Source of the DNA: Raillietiella orientalis
Lineage: Eukaryota
DNA: 64,000 nucleotides
Direction of reading: 5' to 3'
Assembly: GCA_036172245.1 (NCBI GenBank)
Contig: JAYWIR010000011.1
Location: 992,001 to 1,056,000, forward strand
Below, piece by piece: positions 63,358 to 64,000 of this stretch. Both the position numbers and the translations under genes were made by a program. The notes under the pieces were generated by a model. It searched no databases and had not been told where the DNA came from. It saw only the letters and a program-made list of their open reading frames with translations. The first letter of the stretch is position 1. The number at the start of each line of letters is the position of its first letter.

Positions 63358-64000
63358 ATTGTAATCGATTGTAATGTGTCTGAGAACTAAGTGTCTGAGA
63401 ACGCTTCACCGTAGCCCCCACACTCCCTATGGACAAAGGCCAAGAGGTTTTGCGGTGCCTCTTCACGCGTGACTCGTGATGTCGCCTGCAGCTTCCCTTG
63501 CAACTTCGTGCTGCCTTCTTGAGATCGTGGAGGCGAGAAGCCGTGCCGAAAGAGGCCAGTCGAAAGATGAGGTCATCAAAACCGTCTGCTCTTTCATGAG
63601 GAAGGCTACAAGATGGCCACATCTCTGCCAACGAAGAGAGGAATTTGCCAGCATCCTCCAGAGGATGCTCAGGACTCCAGGAAGAAACCTGTGATTCCTT
63701 ACCTTCCTCCGCCCTCCAGCATATTTTTAAGCTGAACTTTTGTGTGTGTGTGTTTTCGGTTTTGTTTACCCCTTCCCCCACTCCTGTGCGGATCTCATGG
63801 GGTTGCAGCTCACGAGAAGCAGCGCCTCCGAGGCATCTCCTTTCCTAGTGGTGAAGTGAAGCCACGACGAAGGAAGAAATCTCTATATTTTATACGAATG
63901 TTTTTTCTGTAAATATTTTTTTTACAATAAACGACCAGGAGTGAACGGGTGGAAATAAAGGGTCGACTCCGAGAAATCGGTTTCCTTTTCAGAAGAGGCC

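Overview
Eukaryotic, most likely arthropod, genomic DNA; there are no prokaryotic genes, CRISPR arrays or intact RNA genes, and nearly all of the supplied ORF track is noise. The one intact protein-coding locus I can support is the 3' part of a Dpr-family (defective proboscis extension response) two-Ig cell-surface gene on the + strand. It has three phase-compatible exons (39782-39992, 48713-49012, 49595-49698), and I could not find its 5' exon(s) in the window. The rest is a repeat graveyard. It holds a disrupted histone H2B pseudogene (3489-3835, -), many decayed non-LTR retrotransposon RT fragments (mostly L1/Tx1-like, one NeSL/Utopia-like), at least six copies of a long SINE-like family with a tRNA-type head, a candidate piggyBac-type MITE, a ~250-bp inverted repeat and several short hairpin/direct-repeat clusters. 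The most notable cluster is a T-shaped double hairpin at 53520-53670. I do not see convincing evidence of a new biological system. The best leads are the SINE-like family, the double hairpin, the Utopia-like fragment and an extra cysteine in the Dpr Ig2 domain. All alignments were done by eye, and boundaries of decayed elements are approximate.
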